Source: Saccharolobus solfataricus (GTDB taxonomy: Archaea > Thermoproteota > Thermoprotei_A > Sulfolobales > Sulfolobaceae). Taken from it: 32,000 bases of DNA. This document shows positions 18,118-29,596 of this stretch, in pieces. The notes beneath the pieces are model-generated. The model was not told the DNA's origin and made no database searches. It worked only from the letters and a program-made list of their open reading frames with translations. The stretch is from assembly GCF_900079115.1 (NCBI RefSeq), contig NZ_LT549890.1, positions 1,350,001 to 1,382,000 on the forward strand. Reading direction: 5' to 3'. Each line of letters starts with the position of its first letter. Positions within the stretch are counted from its first letter, which is position 1. The position numbers and the translations under genes are program-made.

Positions 18118-20593
18118 GTTGTTGTTACCAGAAAAAAAGGTTGTTTTCATTAACGAGAGTGAAGTGCAGAGTTTGAGGAAAGACGTTGTAGATGCATTAA
18201 AGGTATTTTCATCCTTAGCGTGTGAACTAGCTGATAATAACGAGACTAAGGCTACCAATATTTTCGCTGATCTAATTTCAATGATTTATAAGCTCCCTAT
18301 GTTGATTTCTTACGTACCTAGTGATAAGTTATCAACCCCCCATGAGTACTTCTTTGCCTATATAGTGTTTAGGCATCTAGTAGAGGACTCTATGCCAAGT
18401 AACGATATTGCCAAGTTATTGGAGATATTAGAGGAGAAGAAAAGAGATGAGATTAAAGAGGTTTTAGATTACGCGAGGACTTTGAGGAAAATTTACGAGA
18501 AATTGCTTTACGTTCCAGCTGATACTAGGCCAGGGTATAATTTTACGTCATTGGCCTCTCATCTTCAATTGTCATCAATTTTAGTTTGGCTATTGCAAAA
18601 GGGATCAGTGGATTTAAACTACTTGAGGATTTCGGCTTTACTTCATGATATAGGTAAGTTATTTAACCCAACTAACCACGTGAGTGAATCTATTAAGATT
18701 TTGGATGAGGTTATTGAGGGATCGGAATGTCTAAAGACCAATTTGAGTAGGGTGAAGAGTTTAGTTGAACAGCATCACGCTCCTTTGGAGACTATTTTGA
18801 ACGATGCCGATAGATTGGCTGCATCTACTGATAGGTTTAGTGAGATAGTGAAAGGTGCTTTAAATAACACGAAGATAGGTGAGTGTTATAGTTTGTGTTA
18901 TGGTAGGGATGTGAGAACAAAGGAGTGTATGGAGTGTTTAGAGGAATACGGCGAAGAGACGTATAGTGAGGAGAGCAAGAGGTTGTATGATGTAATAAGT
19001 AATTCTGTTGTTAGTCAGAAGGTTGAGGGTAATGCGATAGGTTATTTGGTTTACATTGATTTTCCTGGAATACAGAGATTCATAACGAGTTTTCCAAAGT
19101 TAAGAGAGATGAGTTTCGCTAGTTTTCTAGTGGACTTTGTAACTTCAATTTACTCATTTATAGTCTTGGATCAAGCCTATTACGAGAGAACTGGTAAAAA
19201 GTCAAGAATCCCCGCAGAGGCTTTGTTAAGTGGTTATGGTGGACATTCATATATTATAGTTAGGAGTGATTTCGGTTCTAAGGATGAGGTTAAGGCGTGG
19301 TTGGAAAGCGTTTCTTCTTCAGCTCTTAGTAAGTTAGGTATTAGATTAGACGTTAAGGTCGCTAACTTTGCCTATGAGAACTACGTTAGGAATTATAAGG
19401 AGGTCTATGAGGATATGATGTCTAAGAGTTATGAGAGATATTTAATTCGTGATGAGGGGAAGGTTTACTCTTATGGTTTGCATAGAGTTTGTGATAATTG
19501 CGGTATAAGGCCTGCTGTTAATAGAAGTGATGATGGGGAGTATTTATGTGAGACTTGTAATTTAGTTAGGGATCTATCTAAGAATAGAGGTTTTATTGCT
19601 AAGTATAAGTCAAAATACACTCTATATGAGGAACAACGTATTGAGATTTCACCTAAGGAGGATATAAAGTTTAAGCTTGATAAGAATCAAGACCCTACCA
19701 GCTACGCCATGGAGATTATTGCGGGTTATCGTACTACTTCTGACAGTAGGTATATTGCCTTGATTAAGGCTGATGGAAATAACGCTGGAAAGATCTTTGG
19801 AAATACCGTTACGTTTTCGGAGTATGTAGATAAAAGTTTTAGGCTAGATTTCGGAGTGAAGAAGATGTTCTACGATACGTTACTGGACATTATGAGGGCT
19901 TCTAGTGATGAGTCAATTAAGAAGGACTTAGTCTCAAGGATCTTACTTGGTGTGCTTTATTTGGGTGGAGATGATATAATGTTATTGTCGCCCTCAGCAA
20001 TTGCAGTGCCATTTGCTGTTAAAATGTTTAAGAGGAGTTTAGAGTATACGGGGTTTACGTTTAAGGTGGGTATTATATCAGTTAAGCCAGATCACCCAGT
20101 GCAGTTCGCTTATGGGGCTGTAAATGCGCTTATGGAAGAGAGTAAGATTCATACGGGTGAGAAGTCTTCAATAGGCGTTTTGGTGTTTTCTTCAACTTTA
20201 GCCAGTGAGGGTGTTGTTAAGAGCGATTTGAAAAATTATAGGAAAGAGAAGGAGAGTTTTTTGGTAGTTTCCAATGACGTTGATGATGTAGAGAGGCTTT
20301 TGAATCTGATGGAGTTGGATGACTTTGGAAAGCTTATGGAATTATATTGGAATCCTGAGGAGGGAAGAAAGGTGATTAGAGATAAGATAAGGTCTTTAGA
20401 ACGTTTCGTAAATTATGCTGACACTCACGACTTTTACAATACTTTGGCTTACTTAATAAGGTCTAAGGCTAAGAGCGAGGAGAATAGTTTGATTAAGAGG
20501 ATTATTGATTTGACTATAAAGGGTAGGGACGATTTCGTGTTTCCGCTTTACGATTACTACTTTATTTTAAAGTCAATTAGGGTGGGAATATGA
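18104..20593 (+). CDS. cas10: Cas10 (type III large subunit; HD nuclease plus cyclase/palm domains)
   Basis: HD superfamily motifs SHLQ, LLHDIGK, EQHH and DADRL. Zn-finger CDNCG...CETC. Palm motifs DFPGIQRFI, KADGNNAGK and GGDD (YLGGDDIML). The ORF-track start 18086 is a TTG; an ATG follows at 18104. Confidence 0.9.
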   Translation: MIRGKLLLPEKKVVFINESEVQSLRKDVVDALKVFSSLACELADNNETKATNIFADLISMIYKLPMLISYVPSDKLSTPHEYFFAYIVFRHLVEDSMPSNDIAKLLEILEEKKRDEIKEVLDYARTLRKIYEKLLYVPADTRPGYNFTSLASHLQLSSILVWLLQKGSVDLNYLRISALLHDIGKLFNPTNHVSESIKILDEVIEGSECLKTNLSRVKSLVEQHHAPLETILNDADRLAASTDRFSEIVKGALNNTKIGECYSLCYGRDVRTKECMECLEEYGEETYSEESKRLYDVISNSVVSQKVEGNAIGYLVYIDFPGIQRFITSFPKLREMSFASFLVDFVTSIYSFIVLDQAYYERTGKKSRIPAEALLSGYGGHSYIIVRSDFGSKDEVKAWLESVSSSALSKLGIRLDVKVANFAYENYVRNYKEVYEDMMSKSYERYLIRDEGKVYSYGLHRVCDNCGIRPAVNRSDDGEYLCETCNLVRDLSKNRGFIAKYKSKYTLYEEQRIEISPKEDIKFKLDKNQDPTSYAMEIIAGYRTTSDSRYIALIKADGNNAGKIFGNTVTFSEYVDKSFRLDFGVKKMFYDTLLDIMRASSDESIKKDLVSRILLGVLYLGGDDIMLLSPSAIAVPFAVKMFKRSLEYTGFTFKVGIISVKPDHPVQFAYGAVNALMEESKIHTGEKSSIGVLVFSSTLASEGVVKSDLKNYRKEKESFLVVSNDVDDVERLLNLMELDDFGKLMELYWNPEEGRKVIRDKIRSLERFVNYADTHDFYNTLAYLIRSKAKSEENSLIKRIIDLTIKGRDDFVFPLYDYYFILKSIRVGI

Positions 20594-21210
20594 TACCGAT
20601 TAAGGTGAGTATGAGGAATTTGAGTTCACTTACAATAGCTGGAGGTAGTACTATAAGCTCTATCGATATTCCTCTTAACCCACTTGGAGTTCCGCCATCA
20701 ACGATAAAGGGTACAATGAGGACGGCAGTGCATAATTTACTACCTAATGGGTATACGTCATGTGGGGAAGTAGAGCCTGAAAGTATTAGGGAAGCTCATA
20801 AAAATGGAGTTTGTGACGTTTGTAAATTATTCGGTTATCCAGATTCCCTTACGGGGTGTTTTACTATAGAGGTTTCCAAAACTGATTATCGTACATCTTA
20901 TATAACTAGGGTTTCAATTGACGATAAAACGCAAAGGGCCAAAGAGGGTTCCCTCTTTACCCAACAAATCATATTGCCAAATAGCGATATTTCCTTTACT
21001 GTTTATTACAATTGTAATGATGAGAGATTGTTTAAACTTCTACTTTACTCTATCCTGGATTTAAGGTATTGGAGGTTGGGAAGAAATACTATGATTGACG
21101 TAAAGGTTAATAATGTTGAGGAGATTTGTAAGAGCGTTAAGTGTGATGAGGAAATTAATGGAATATTAAACCAACTTTCCAGATATTTGTGGGAGGCTGA
21201 GAATAAATGA
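20590..21210 (+). CDS. Cas7-family RAMP (Csm3-like) 3
   Basis: SIDIPL...PPSTIKGTMRT, CDVCKLFG and RLGRN. ATGA overlap with cas10. Confidence 0.65.
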   Translation: MIPIKVSMRNLSSLTIAGGSTISSIDIPLNPLGVPPSTIKGTMRTAVHNLLPNGYTSCGEVEPESIREAHKNGVCDVCKLFGYPDSLTGCFTIEVSKTDYRTSYITRVSIDDKTQRAKEGSLFTQQIILPNSDISFTVYYNCNDERLFKLLLYSILDLRYWRLGRNTMIDVKVNNVEEICKSVKCDEEINGILNQLSRYLWEAENK

Positions 21211-22121
21211 TCTTAATAAAGTTAAAGGTTAAAGGCTACATAACTACTCAAATGAGGAGAATTAGGAATTACTACTTCTCAATAACAAATTACATTCCTT
21301 CAACAACTCTTAGAGGAGCCATACTAGCTGAGTACTATAATCAAACTGGGAAAATTGATGAAAACTTTTACGTATCTCCAGCCTATCCAATTAAGACTGC
21401 CCCAGCCCATTACTTCAGCCCAGCTAAGGAGAGGAAGGGTGATGAGTTCATTGAGGTTAAAAGGATACTTGAGAAGAAGGAAAAGGAGTTTGAAGCCAAT
21501 AAGCCAATTGAAGAGATAATGAAATTGGAGATTGATGGTAAACATCCCAAGCCTAAAATAGGATCTTTAATAACTTATGAGGGGGAGACTGATAAGGAGA
21601 ATAAATATAGGGAATTCTCGAGTAAATCAATTATTCAAATGCACGTAGCTATTGATAAGACGTCAATATCCTCATATAAGGGAATGCTGTTCGCCTATGA
21701 ATACAAGGAATTCGATGAAATGTGGGCTATTGCCTCAGACTCTGAAGTTATTGACACTGTTAAGAGAATAAAGATTGGTAGGGGGAAGAATAGGGGCAAT
21801 AAGGTTGTTGATGTTGAAAAGGTTAGGGAAGTATCATTGGATCAGTCCAAAGGGTTATTATATTGTCTATCTCCTTGTATAGGATCACTATTTGGTAAAA
21901 CGTTCTTTAAGGCGAAATATATCATAGGGGATAAGTCAATTTACTCTGGTTGGTTTACGGTAGATAGTTTCAGTGGTCAAAAGCCAGTCTTTGAGACGTT
22001 AAGAGAGGGTTCCCTAGTTTACGTTGAGAGTTTTAGTAACGAGAAAAGTTTAATGCCCGCAGGGCTTAATTTCATGCTAAGAATATCAGACTTAAGCTCA
22101 ATACTTAATAAGGTGAGTTAA
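21207..22121 (+). CDS. csm4: Cas5-family RAMP (Csm4/Csx10-like)
   Basis: The N-terminal IPSTTLRGAILAEY is typical of Csm4-type subunits. G-rich loop IGRGKNRGN. ATGA overlap with the upstream gene. Confidence 0.6.
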   Translation: MILIKLKVKGYITTQMRRIRNYYFSITNYIPSTTLRGAILAEYYNQTGKIDENFYVSPAYPIKTAPAHYFSPAKERKGDEFIEVKRILEKKEKEFEANKPIEEIMKLEIDGKHPKPKIGSLITYEGETDKENKYREFSSKSIIQMHVAIDKTSISSYKGMLFAYEYKEFDEMWAIASDSEVIDTVKRIKIGRGKNRGNKVVDVEKVREVSLDQSKGLLYCLSPCIGSLFGKTFFKAKYIIGDKSIYSGWFTVDSFSGQKPVFETLREGSLVYVESFSNEKSLMPAGLNFMLRISDLSSILNKVS

Positions 22122-22122
22122 A

Positions 22123-22881
22123 ATGGTCATTCAAGTTTTCAGGTTAAATTTCAGATTAAGAACTGGTTTCAGAGTAGGTGGAGGTCAAGAGGTAGGCGAT
22201 AACGTAATACGTCAATTGAGAATAGGAGTAGAAGGCGTAATGATCCCTGCCAGTAGTTGGAAGGGAATGTTTAGAAGGGTGAGTGAGATCGTTTTGAACA
22301 GTGAAGATCATTTTGAAGAGCATAGCAAAAAAGAGGTAGATACTAGGACAATAAACGCTTTACTGAAGAGCGATGAGAAATTCAGAAGGATAGCTATAAG
22401 CAAGGTTGGTAAGGAGGTTATTACACAAAATGGTATAAATGTTGATAAGCTAGATAGTGAGAGTTTAAGCGATCTGAGGAGGATTTACAATGAATATAAT
22501 TGTCCAATTGAGAGATTATACGGAAGTAATTATTTCGCTGGAGGTATTACTATTTCAGATAGCGTTATTCCTAATGCAAGTATAATGGAAAGAACGCATG
22601 TAACTATCGAAAGGAAGAGTAAAAAGGCTTCTGAAAAACACTTGTTCAGTGAGGAGATAATTGATGCTGAAAAGATTGAGGTTAAGGTGATAGTTAGAAA
22701 TGAGTTTGAATTATGGAAAAATAGTTTAAAGTTACTGAGGGAGATCGGCTACTTCATTGGAGGAAGTAAGTCTAGAGGTATCGGCTACATTGTACTGGAC
22801 GAAAAGGAGAGTGAATATGCAGTTATAAATAACTTTAGTGAAACTCCTAAATTTTCTGAACTTAAGAGATATCTGAGTTAA
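22123..22881 (+). CDS. Cas7-family RAMP (Csm3/Csm5-like) 4
   Basis: RVGGG, GDNVIR...MIPASSWKGMFRR and IGGSKSRGIGYIVL. Confidence 0.7.
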   Translation: MVIQVFRLNFRLRTGFRVGGGQEVGDNVIRQLRIGVEGVMIPASSWKGMFRRVSEIVLNSEDHFEEHSKKEVDTRTINALLKSDEKFRRIAISKVGKEVITQNGINVDKLDSESLSDLRRIYNEYNCPIERLYGSNYFAGGITISDSVIPNASIMERTHVTIERKSKKASEKHLFSEEIIDAEKIEVKVIVRNEFELWKNSLKLLREIGYFIGGSKSRGIGYIVLDEKESEYAVINNFSETPKFSELKRYLS

Positions 22882-22916
22882 CAAACCTAGAAGTGCGAAT
22901 GTAGTAAACCATCAGC

Positions 22917-22922
22917 TTTTTT
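22917..22922 (+). terminator. Oligo-T tract downstream of the type III operon
   Basis: A T6 run lies about 35 nt after the stop of the last gene. Archaeal terminators are typically oligo-T. Confidence 0.3.
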
Positions 22923-23360
22923 ATATATTATACCGTAGATAAGGAGAAGAAATTCTCATCACCGGTGAAGAATGGTTAGTATAAAGGGAAATATAAGTGT
23001 GGAAGGGCGTTTTCACAATACGGTAGAGAGCAGAAGGTGGATTCTTAAAAAATACAAAGTGAGTATTTTTAGCGAAGCCATCCATATGAGTTTGTTGCTG
23101 TTGTGACTCCCCCGGTTATTGGGTATGACATATATTAAAAATAACATTAAATTTAGAGTAAGCTCATCTTATTTATACAATCAGACATTTAAAATTATAT
23201 TTTAGGTTATCAATAACGAGTATAATGGAATAAATTTTCATATATCTAAAAAATGATATTATAATCTTATCTAAATAAATATTTGTAAAACGATTTTGAA
23301 TTAACCGTAAAAGGGGAGGCTTTCAGTCTTTTGTAATTTTGCACCCCTAATCCCGCTAAG

Positions 23361-23368
23361 TATAAAAG
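23361..23368 (+). promoter_or_regulatory. TATA-box-like element for the hydrolase gene
   Basis: TATAAAAG is centred about 26 nt upstream of the ATG at 23390. Confidence 0.35.
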
Positions 23369-23389
23369 AGGCAAAAGATAAATTCATGA

Positions 23390-23974
23390 ATGATGAAAAG
23401 CTTAGTAATTCACGGGAAAAATTCCTCTCCAGAGAAAGTGGAATGGTTAGCGAAACCGCTTAGGAAGTTTGGAGAAGTTATTGTACCTGAATTCGAGATC
23501 GAAGCAAAGGAAGGTGTAGAAAAAGCACTAACTTACGATTTCGACTGCATAGCGGGTCACTCTAGAGGAGGTCTAATCGCACTAATTGCAGCAGCGTTAA
23601 AGGGAAAATGGGCTATTGCTGTCTCAGCCCCATCAGATAGGAGAAAACAAAAGGAGTACTTATCGAAGTTCCCACCCGGTACAGTGCAGTATAACATTTA
23701 CCAAGATTTAATGAAGATGCCGGAGTACGAGCTTGAATATTCGTCACTTTCCTACGCTGATAGGTTAAAGAAAGTACTATTAATACATGGAGAAGATGAC
23801 GAAATGGTATTAAAGGAACATTCAATTACCTTATGTGATACAATAAAAAGGATGGGAGGGGATTGCGAGTTGCATATAATTCCGAAAATGAAGCACACAC
23901 CTTTAGGGCAACAGTATCAAACAATTTGGAGTATAATTGAGGATTGGATAAAGAGGAATAGTTCTAGTTTTTAA
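23390..23974 (+). CDS. Small alpha/beta-fold serine hydrolase (esterase-like)
   Basis: Nucleophile elbow GHSRGG, acidic HGEDDEMV and His in KMKHTP, in canonical order. About 190 aa. Confidence 0.7.
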   Translation: MMKSLVIHGKNSSPEKVEWLAKPLRKFGEVIVPEFEIEAKEGVEKALTYDFDCIAGHSRGGLIALIAAALKGKWAIAVSAPSDRRKQKEYLSKFPPGTVQYNIYQDLMKMPEYELEYSSLSYADRLKKVLLIHGEDDEMVLKEHSITLCDTIKRMGGDCELHIIPKMKHTPLGQQYQTIWSIIEDWIKRNSSSF

Positions 23975-24098
23975 CCAGTTTGTGCCCAGTTCTCATACCT
24001 CATGAGTTCATTTCTACCCTTATCTTTAGCCACAATGTCTAGATAACTTATTGAATATTATTCACAAAAACTACTATATTATCTTCATTCTAATTGAT

Positions 24099-24319
24099 GG
24101 GTCGACTCTGTTATCTATTGCGAATTCCCTTCTATTTTAAAGATTTTGGCGAATTATGCTTTGTTGAATACTTTAATTTTCTAAGAGGTTAAGCTCATTA
24201 ATTTTTCTTAAATTCGAAATCAATCCTTGATTTAAAAGTAAGCTCAACGTTAACTCAGATAAAAATTGAAGAGATCCGCAAAGCAGGCGAATTAACTGAA
24301 TGAAGATGATCGACTAACA
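24099..24319 (+). repeat. Copy of the 163-bp MITE family (left part), interrupted by a 127-bp MITE and truncated by an 87-bp MITE
   Basis: GGGTCGACTCTGTTATCTATTGCGAATTCCCTTCTATTTTAAAGATT...GGCGAATTAACTGAATGAAGATGATCGAC aligns with the 25648 copy and with the reverse complement of the 12279-12441 copy once 24159-24294 is removed. Confidence 0.6.
24159..24285 (+). mobile_element. 127-bp MITE with termini like the IS5 element at 2056 (SM3-like)
   Basis: Termini TGCTTTG...CAAAGCA. Perfect 9-bp target duplication GGCGAATTA (24150-24158 and 24286-24294). The same TGCTTTG terminus is found on the IS5-family element at 2056. Confidence 0.75.
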
Positions 24320-24406
24320 CACTAGTGCTTTCAGAAAGTTTATAGCTTTAGGCAAAGGATATACCACTAGATCATAGTCTAAGAACTTTTCTAAAATATT
24401 AACGTT
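24320..24406 (+). mobile_element. 87-bp MITE-like element, copy C
   Basis: Near-identical to 935-1021, with the same length and the same CACTAGTG...AACGTT boundaries. Confidence 0.75.
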
Positions 24407-24595
24407 AAAAGTACCGTTAAAGTATAAAGAAAATTGAATAGGTTCACGTAGCATCAATGCGAGGTTTACGCATCAAATAACTTATAAACATCGGTGTTGC
24501 AATTGTAGCTAATAACATCATATTCTAAATTTTACCATAAGATTTACTACTGAACGTCCAAAGCCCCAGTATATGGGATAAGAACTTCGGAACTA

Positions 24596-25534
24596 TTAAG
24601 GTTGATATAAAGCATAAGTCTTTACTTCGATTGCGTTCCCATTCACGTCTACTAACAAAGTTATAATGTATGTGGAGCCTTTTACAAGATTGGAAACGTT
24701 ATCGAACTGTATATTAATTTGATTATTTCCAGGCTGTAACGTTGCGGGGTTTACCTTGAAAGTGAATATATTCATTCCCTCAATTTTAACTGATAATATT
24801 GAACCACTTACAGATGAGTAGATTAATATTTGTGCACTACCATCTCCCTTTATCACTCCTCCACCTATCGAATATATTTGTACTTCTCTTGCTCTTTCTG
24901 TTATTGGCTTAACATTTCTCAACCCAATATAAGATAGAATACTCCCAATAAACGCTGGTATGACTATGGCTATTAATATCCCACCTACTTTGACTATATT
25001 AGTGCTATATTCTCTGCCAACTCTATATATTCCAACTCCCACAAGTATTGAGCCTACAATCAATAGAATAATGGCTATAAATAACGCCGGTAAACTTGCA
25101 AGAATTTCTACAAAATTAACTGATAGAAAGCCGAAGAGGTTAAGTAGTAAGCCAATGACAATGAGAGGGTAACTCACAATGTATACTATAATACCAATAT
25201 TCCCTATACCGATTTCGTTTGACACCGTTTTACTTAGAATATTGAAACCGCTTCTCAATATAATTAATCCTATTATGTTTATCACTCCCACTATTGACGT
25301 TAATATTATACTCTCCTCAAAATATCCAATCTCCATTGAGGCTATTTGCGTAAATACTTGCTGTATATTCGTGTTGTTTAGGTTATTAGCAGTTATATTT
25401 GAGGGTATTGAAGGAGCGGGAGTTATAAATCTGGGAATTGTAACTGCTAGGTTCAATATGCCAGCTACCATTAATATCATTAATCCTAACCTTAATTTTC
25501 TAATGCCTTGAAGTTCGTTGTTCGTATTCGACAT
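24596..25534 (-). CDS. Multi-pass membrane protein with a C-terminal beta-rich domain (possibly DUF973-like)
   Basis: Several long hydrophobic segments span roughly residues 20-215. A soluble S/G/N/V-rich domain follows. Confidence 0.6.
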   Translation of the reverse strand: MSNTNNELQGIRKLRLGLMILMVAGILNLAVTIPRFITPAPSIPSNITANNLNNTNIQQVFTQIASMEIGYFEESIILTSIVGVINIIGLIILRSGFNILSKTVSNEIGIGNIGIIVYIVSYPLIVIGLLLNLFGFLSVNFVEILASLPALFIAIILLIVGSILVGVGIYRVGREYSTNIVKVGGILIAIVIPAFIGSILSYIGLRNVKPITERAREVQIYSIGGGVIKGDGSAQILIYSSVSGSILSVKIEGMNIFTFKVNPATLQPGNNQINIQFDNVSNLVKGSTYIITLLVDVNGNAIEVKTYALYQP

Positions 25535-25647
25535 TGTAATTAACTATTCTAATTACTGATTTTTATCTTTTACTCATGAAAAACATATATGATTAAGAAC
25601 AATATTCTTCGGCCAGTGGAGGAATACGACATAACTTCATGTAGCTT

Positions 25648-25720
25648 GGGAGATTCAGTTATCCATTGCGAATTCACTTTATTTTAAAGATTGCTACGAA
25701 ATTAACTAAATGAAGATCGC
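25648..25720 (+). repeat. 163-bp MITE family copy, left part (split by the IS1-family element)
   Basis: GGGAGATTCAGTTATCCATTGCGAATTCACTTTATTTTAAAGATTGCTACGAAATTAACTAAATGAAGAT matches the reverse complement of 12441-12370. Confidence 0.65.
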
Positions 25721-26889
25721 GGGAGTGTTCTCATGCAGTCATCTTATTCGACAATTGTTAGTAAAATTATATCAAGTTTTCTATAATATACCGTACTCCC
25801 TTCAAGTAAGCCTCATTTAAGTTATCTCCTTTGAAAATACGTGAGGATACATTACATTTAACAAGGCCAAACTGTACTCCACCATCCTCCCACTCCTAGT
25901 AACAGCTTTAGTATCCCTAGCCAGCCTCGCCAAATGAGACCTACACCAAGAATTATGACTCTCCACAAGATAAGTATACTTCTTACTCGCTACACGATTA
26001 TCGAGAACTTGATAAACACAGTAGTAGTCAGTATAGTTTACCTCACTCCTAGGTAACCAACCCAAGAGATAACGAAAAGTCCCATAACTCCTATCCCCAA
26101 ACTCATAGAAAGGCACACCATCAGCAAGAGCAGTCCAAATCCACAAATCCTCCCTCATCACCCCATGCCTAACACGGAAATAAGTCCAGAACTCGTCAAA
26201 CACCGTAGACTTAGCTGTGAAATTCTTGAGCTCACCCTTCAAGATCGTTAGATACGTGAAGGCCCTTATCCCAATCCTCCTCACTAGGCTGTAAACAGTA
26301 GTCAATGGTTTACCTTCAACTCTTGATATTGCCCTCATGCTCATCCTGTTCAAGTACTCCTTTAAGATTCTCTCCCTCTGTTCCCTATCCATTCTGTGCT
26401 TTAACGCGTCGTAAAACGTCCTTCCACACGCTTTACACTTGTATTTTGCTCTCCCTCTAGATGAACCGTTCTTCACTACTCTGTTAGAGTTACATGATGG
26501 GCATGTTGGTCTGCTTTCTCCTCTCCTCCTTATCCCTACTTTCCTCAAGTAGTAGTATAGGGTTGATGGTGGGATTCCCGTTTTCGTGATTTGAACTCCC
26601 AAGGAGTAGGCTGCTAATGCTAATGCAATATCCTTTAGCTCGTACTTTCTCGGCTTAAGATTTAAATTTCTTAGAATCATAAGTATTAATTGTGCGAGGG
26701 TTACAAGATCCATATTGGTAACCCTCACAAAAAATCTCGTAACCCTCGCACATAAGCTTTTTCAGAGGCTGTTTTCATGTTCTAATTCATTGGCTGCATC
26801 TCGATCGAAACGACTAATTGTGGAAATTTCTAGCCTGATTTAATTTTACTATATGATATCGAATAAGATGACTGCATGAGAACACTCCC
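25721..26889 (-). mobile_element. IS1-family insertion sequence (ISC1173-like, about 1.17 kb)
   Basis: 31-bp terminal inverted repeats: GGGAGTGTTCTCATGCAGTCATCTTATTCGA (25721-25751) and its reverse complement ending at 26889. No flanking direct repeat is visible. Confidence 0.85.
25817..26728 (-). CDS. IS1-family transposase (fused InsA-InsB type)
   Basis: N-terminal zinc finger CPSC...CKAC and an HTH region, followed by the DDE catalytic part. It fills the IS. Confidence 0.75.
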   Translation of the reverse strand: MRVTNMDLVTLAQLILMILRNLNLKPRKYELKDIALALAAYSLGVQITKTGIPPSTLYYYLRKVGIRRRGESRPTCPSCNSNRVVKNGSSRGRAKYKCKACGRTFYDALKHRMDREQRERILKEYLNRMSMRAISRVEGKPLTTVYSLVRRIGIRAFTYLTILKGELKNFTAKSTVFDEFWTYFRVRHGVMREDLWIWTALADGVPFYEFGDRSYGTFRYLLGWLPRSEVNYTDYYCVYQVLDNRVASKKYTYLVESHNSWCRSHLARLARDTKAVTRSGRMVEYSLALLNVMYPHVFSKEIT

Positions 26890-26922
26890 CATTACAGTTT
26901 ACAAAGGAGGCTTGAGTCGCCC
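26890..26922 (+). repeat. 163-bp MITE family copy, right end (other side of the IS1-family element)
   Basis: CATTACAGTTTACAAAGGAGGCTTGAGTCGCCC. Its reverse complement, GGGCGACTCAAGCCTCCTTTG, matches the start of the 12279 copy (GGGCGATTCAGGTCTCCTTTG). Confidence 0.6.
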
Positions 26923-26938
26923 TATAAACGGAAACCCA

Positions 26939-27801
26939 TTAGTGATTTTCTTCTCTCTTTATGAACTCTAACTTAATCTCTCCAAATCCAATACCTCTAC
27001 TCCTACCAATACCCAGATAAGATGACGCTAACAAATACCTCAAGGCTCTCCTCTTTAACTTTTCATCTGGAATATCGAACTCAATCCAACCCATAACACC
27101 CCTAGCTTTCCTCAAATTTCCCTTACTATCCTCACCAATGACAATGGTAACTGGATGTAGATCATATCCTATAATCCTGGATAAGGCATTTGAAATAACG
27201 CCAAATTTAAACGCTCTGACCTCAACTTCCTTCTTCCCAATCAAATTACAATATACATTATAGGCGTAAGCCACAATTAATCCGACAGAAGGCAAAGTTG
27301 AATAACCTGCGTTAACTCTCTTATACCTTTCAGAAAGGGAGGGAGGAAGTAAAACCTTAGACGAAAGTAATGTAGGGGAAATAAACCTCACTCTTATATT
27401 ATCGTTCATGTGTTTCTCAACCTCTTCCTTTAACTTCTCAACTTCCACTATTTCCACACTCTCGATCGTTATGTGAAATTTACCGTAAATAGTTTCGAAG
27501 ACACCCTCATCTAATTCTGGTAAAACGTTAACTTGTGTAGAAAAGGCTATTGTTGAGGAAAGCTTGCTTCCCCTGCTTATTGTCTTCAAGTTTCCGTTAG
27601 TCTGGAAAATTCTCCTCTGGTTTAGACCGAGATGGGATATGAAAATTGGCTTGTATTTATCCCTTGATGTAATTAAGTTATTTAACGAAGGGAGTAGTTT
27701 TCCGCTTTGTATTAAATATTTGAGCACCTTGGATGATGGAGTAGGCAAAATGACGTCTTGTAGAGGGATAACGTTATACCCTATTTTAAAAATTAATGGC
27801 A

Positions 27802-27802
<1 letters not shown>
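26939..27802 (-). CDS. cas6: Cas6 endoribonuclease (type I-A-associated paralogue)
   Basis: C-terminal G-rich loop GIGRSRGIGFGEIKL, 287 aa, last gene of the I-A operon. Confidence 0.8.

Positions 27803-29592
<1,790 letters not shown>

Positions 29593-29596
<4 letters not shown>

Noticed and set aside
23329-23380. Weak CRISPR-repeat-like strings (CTTTCAGTCTTTTGTAATTTTGC; TAATCCCGCTAAGTATAAAAG) downstream of the type III operon
   Set aside because: They are single, poorly matching occurrences with no periodic partner. The second overlaps the likely TATA box of the hydrolase gene.
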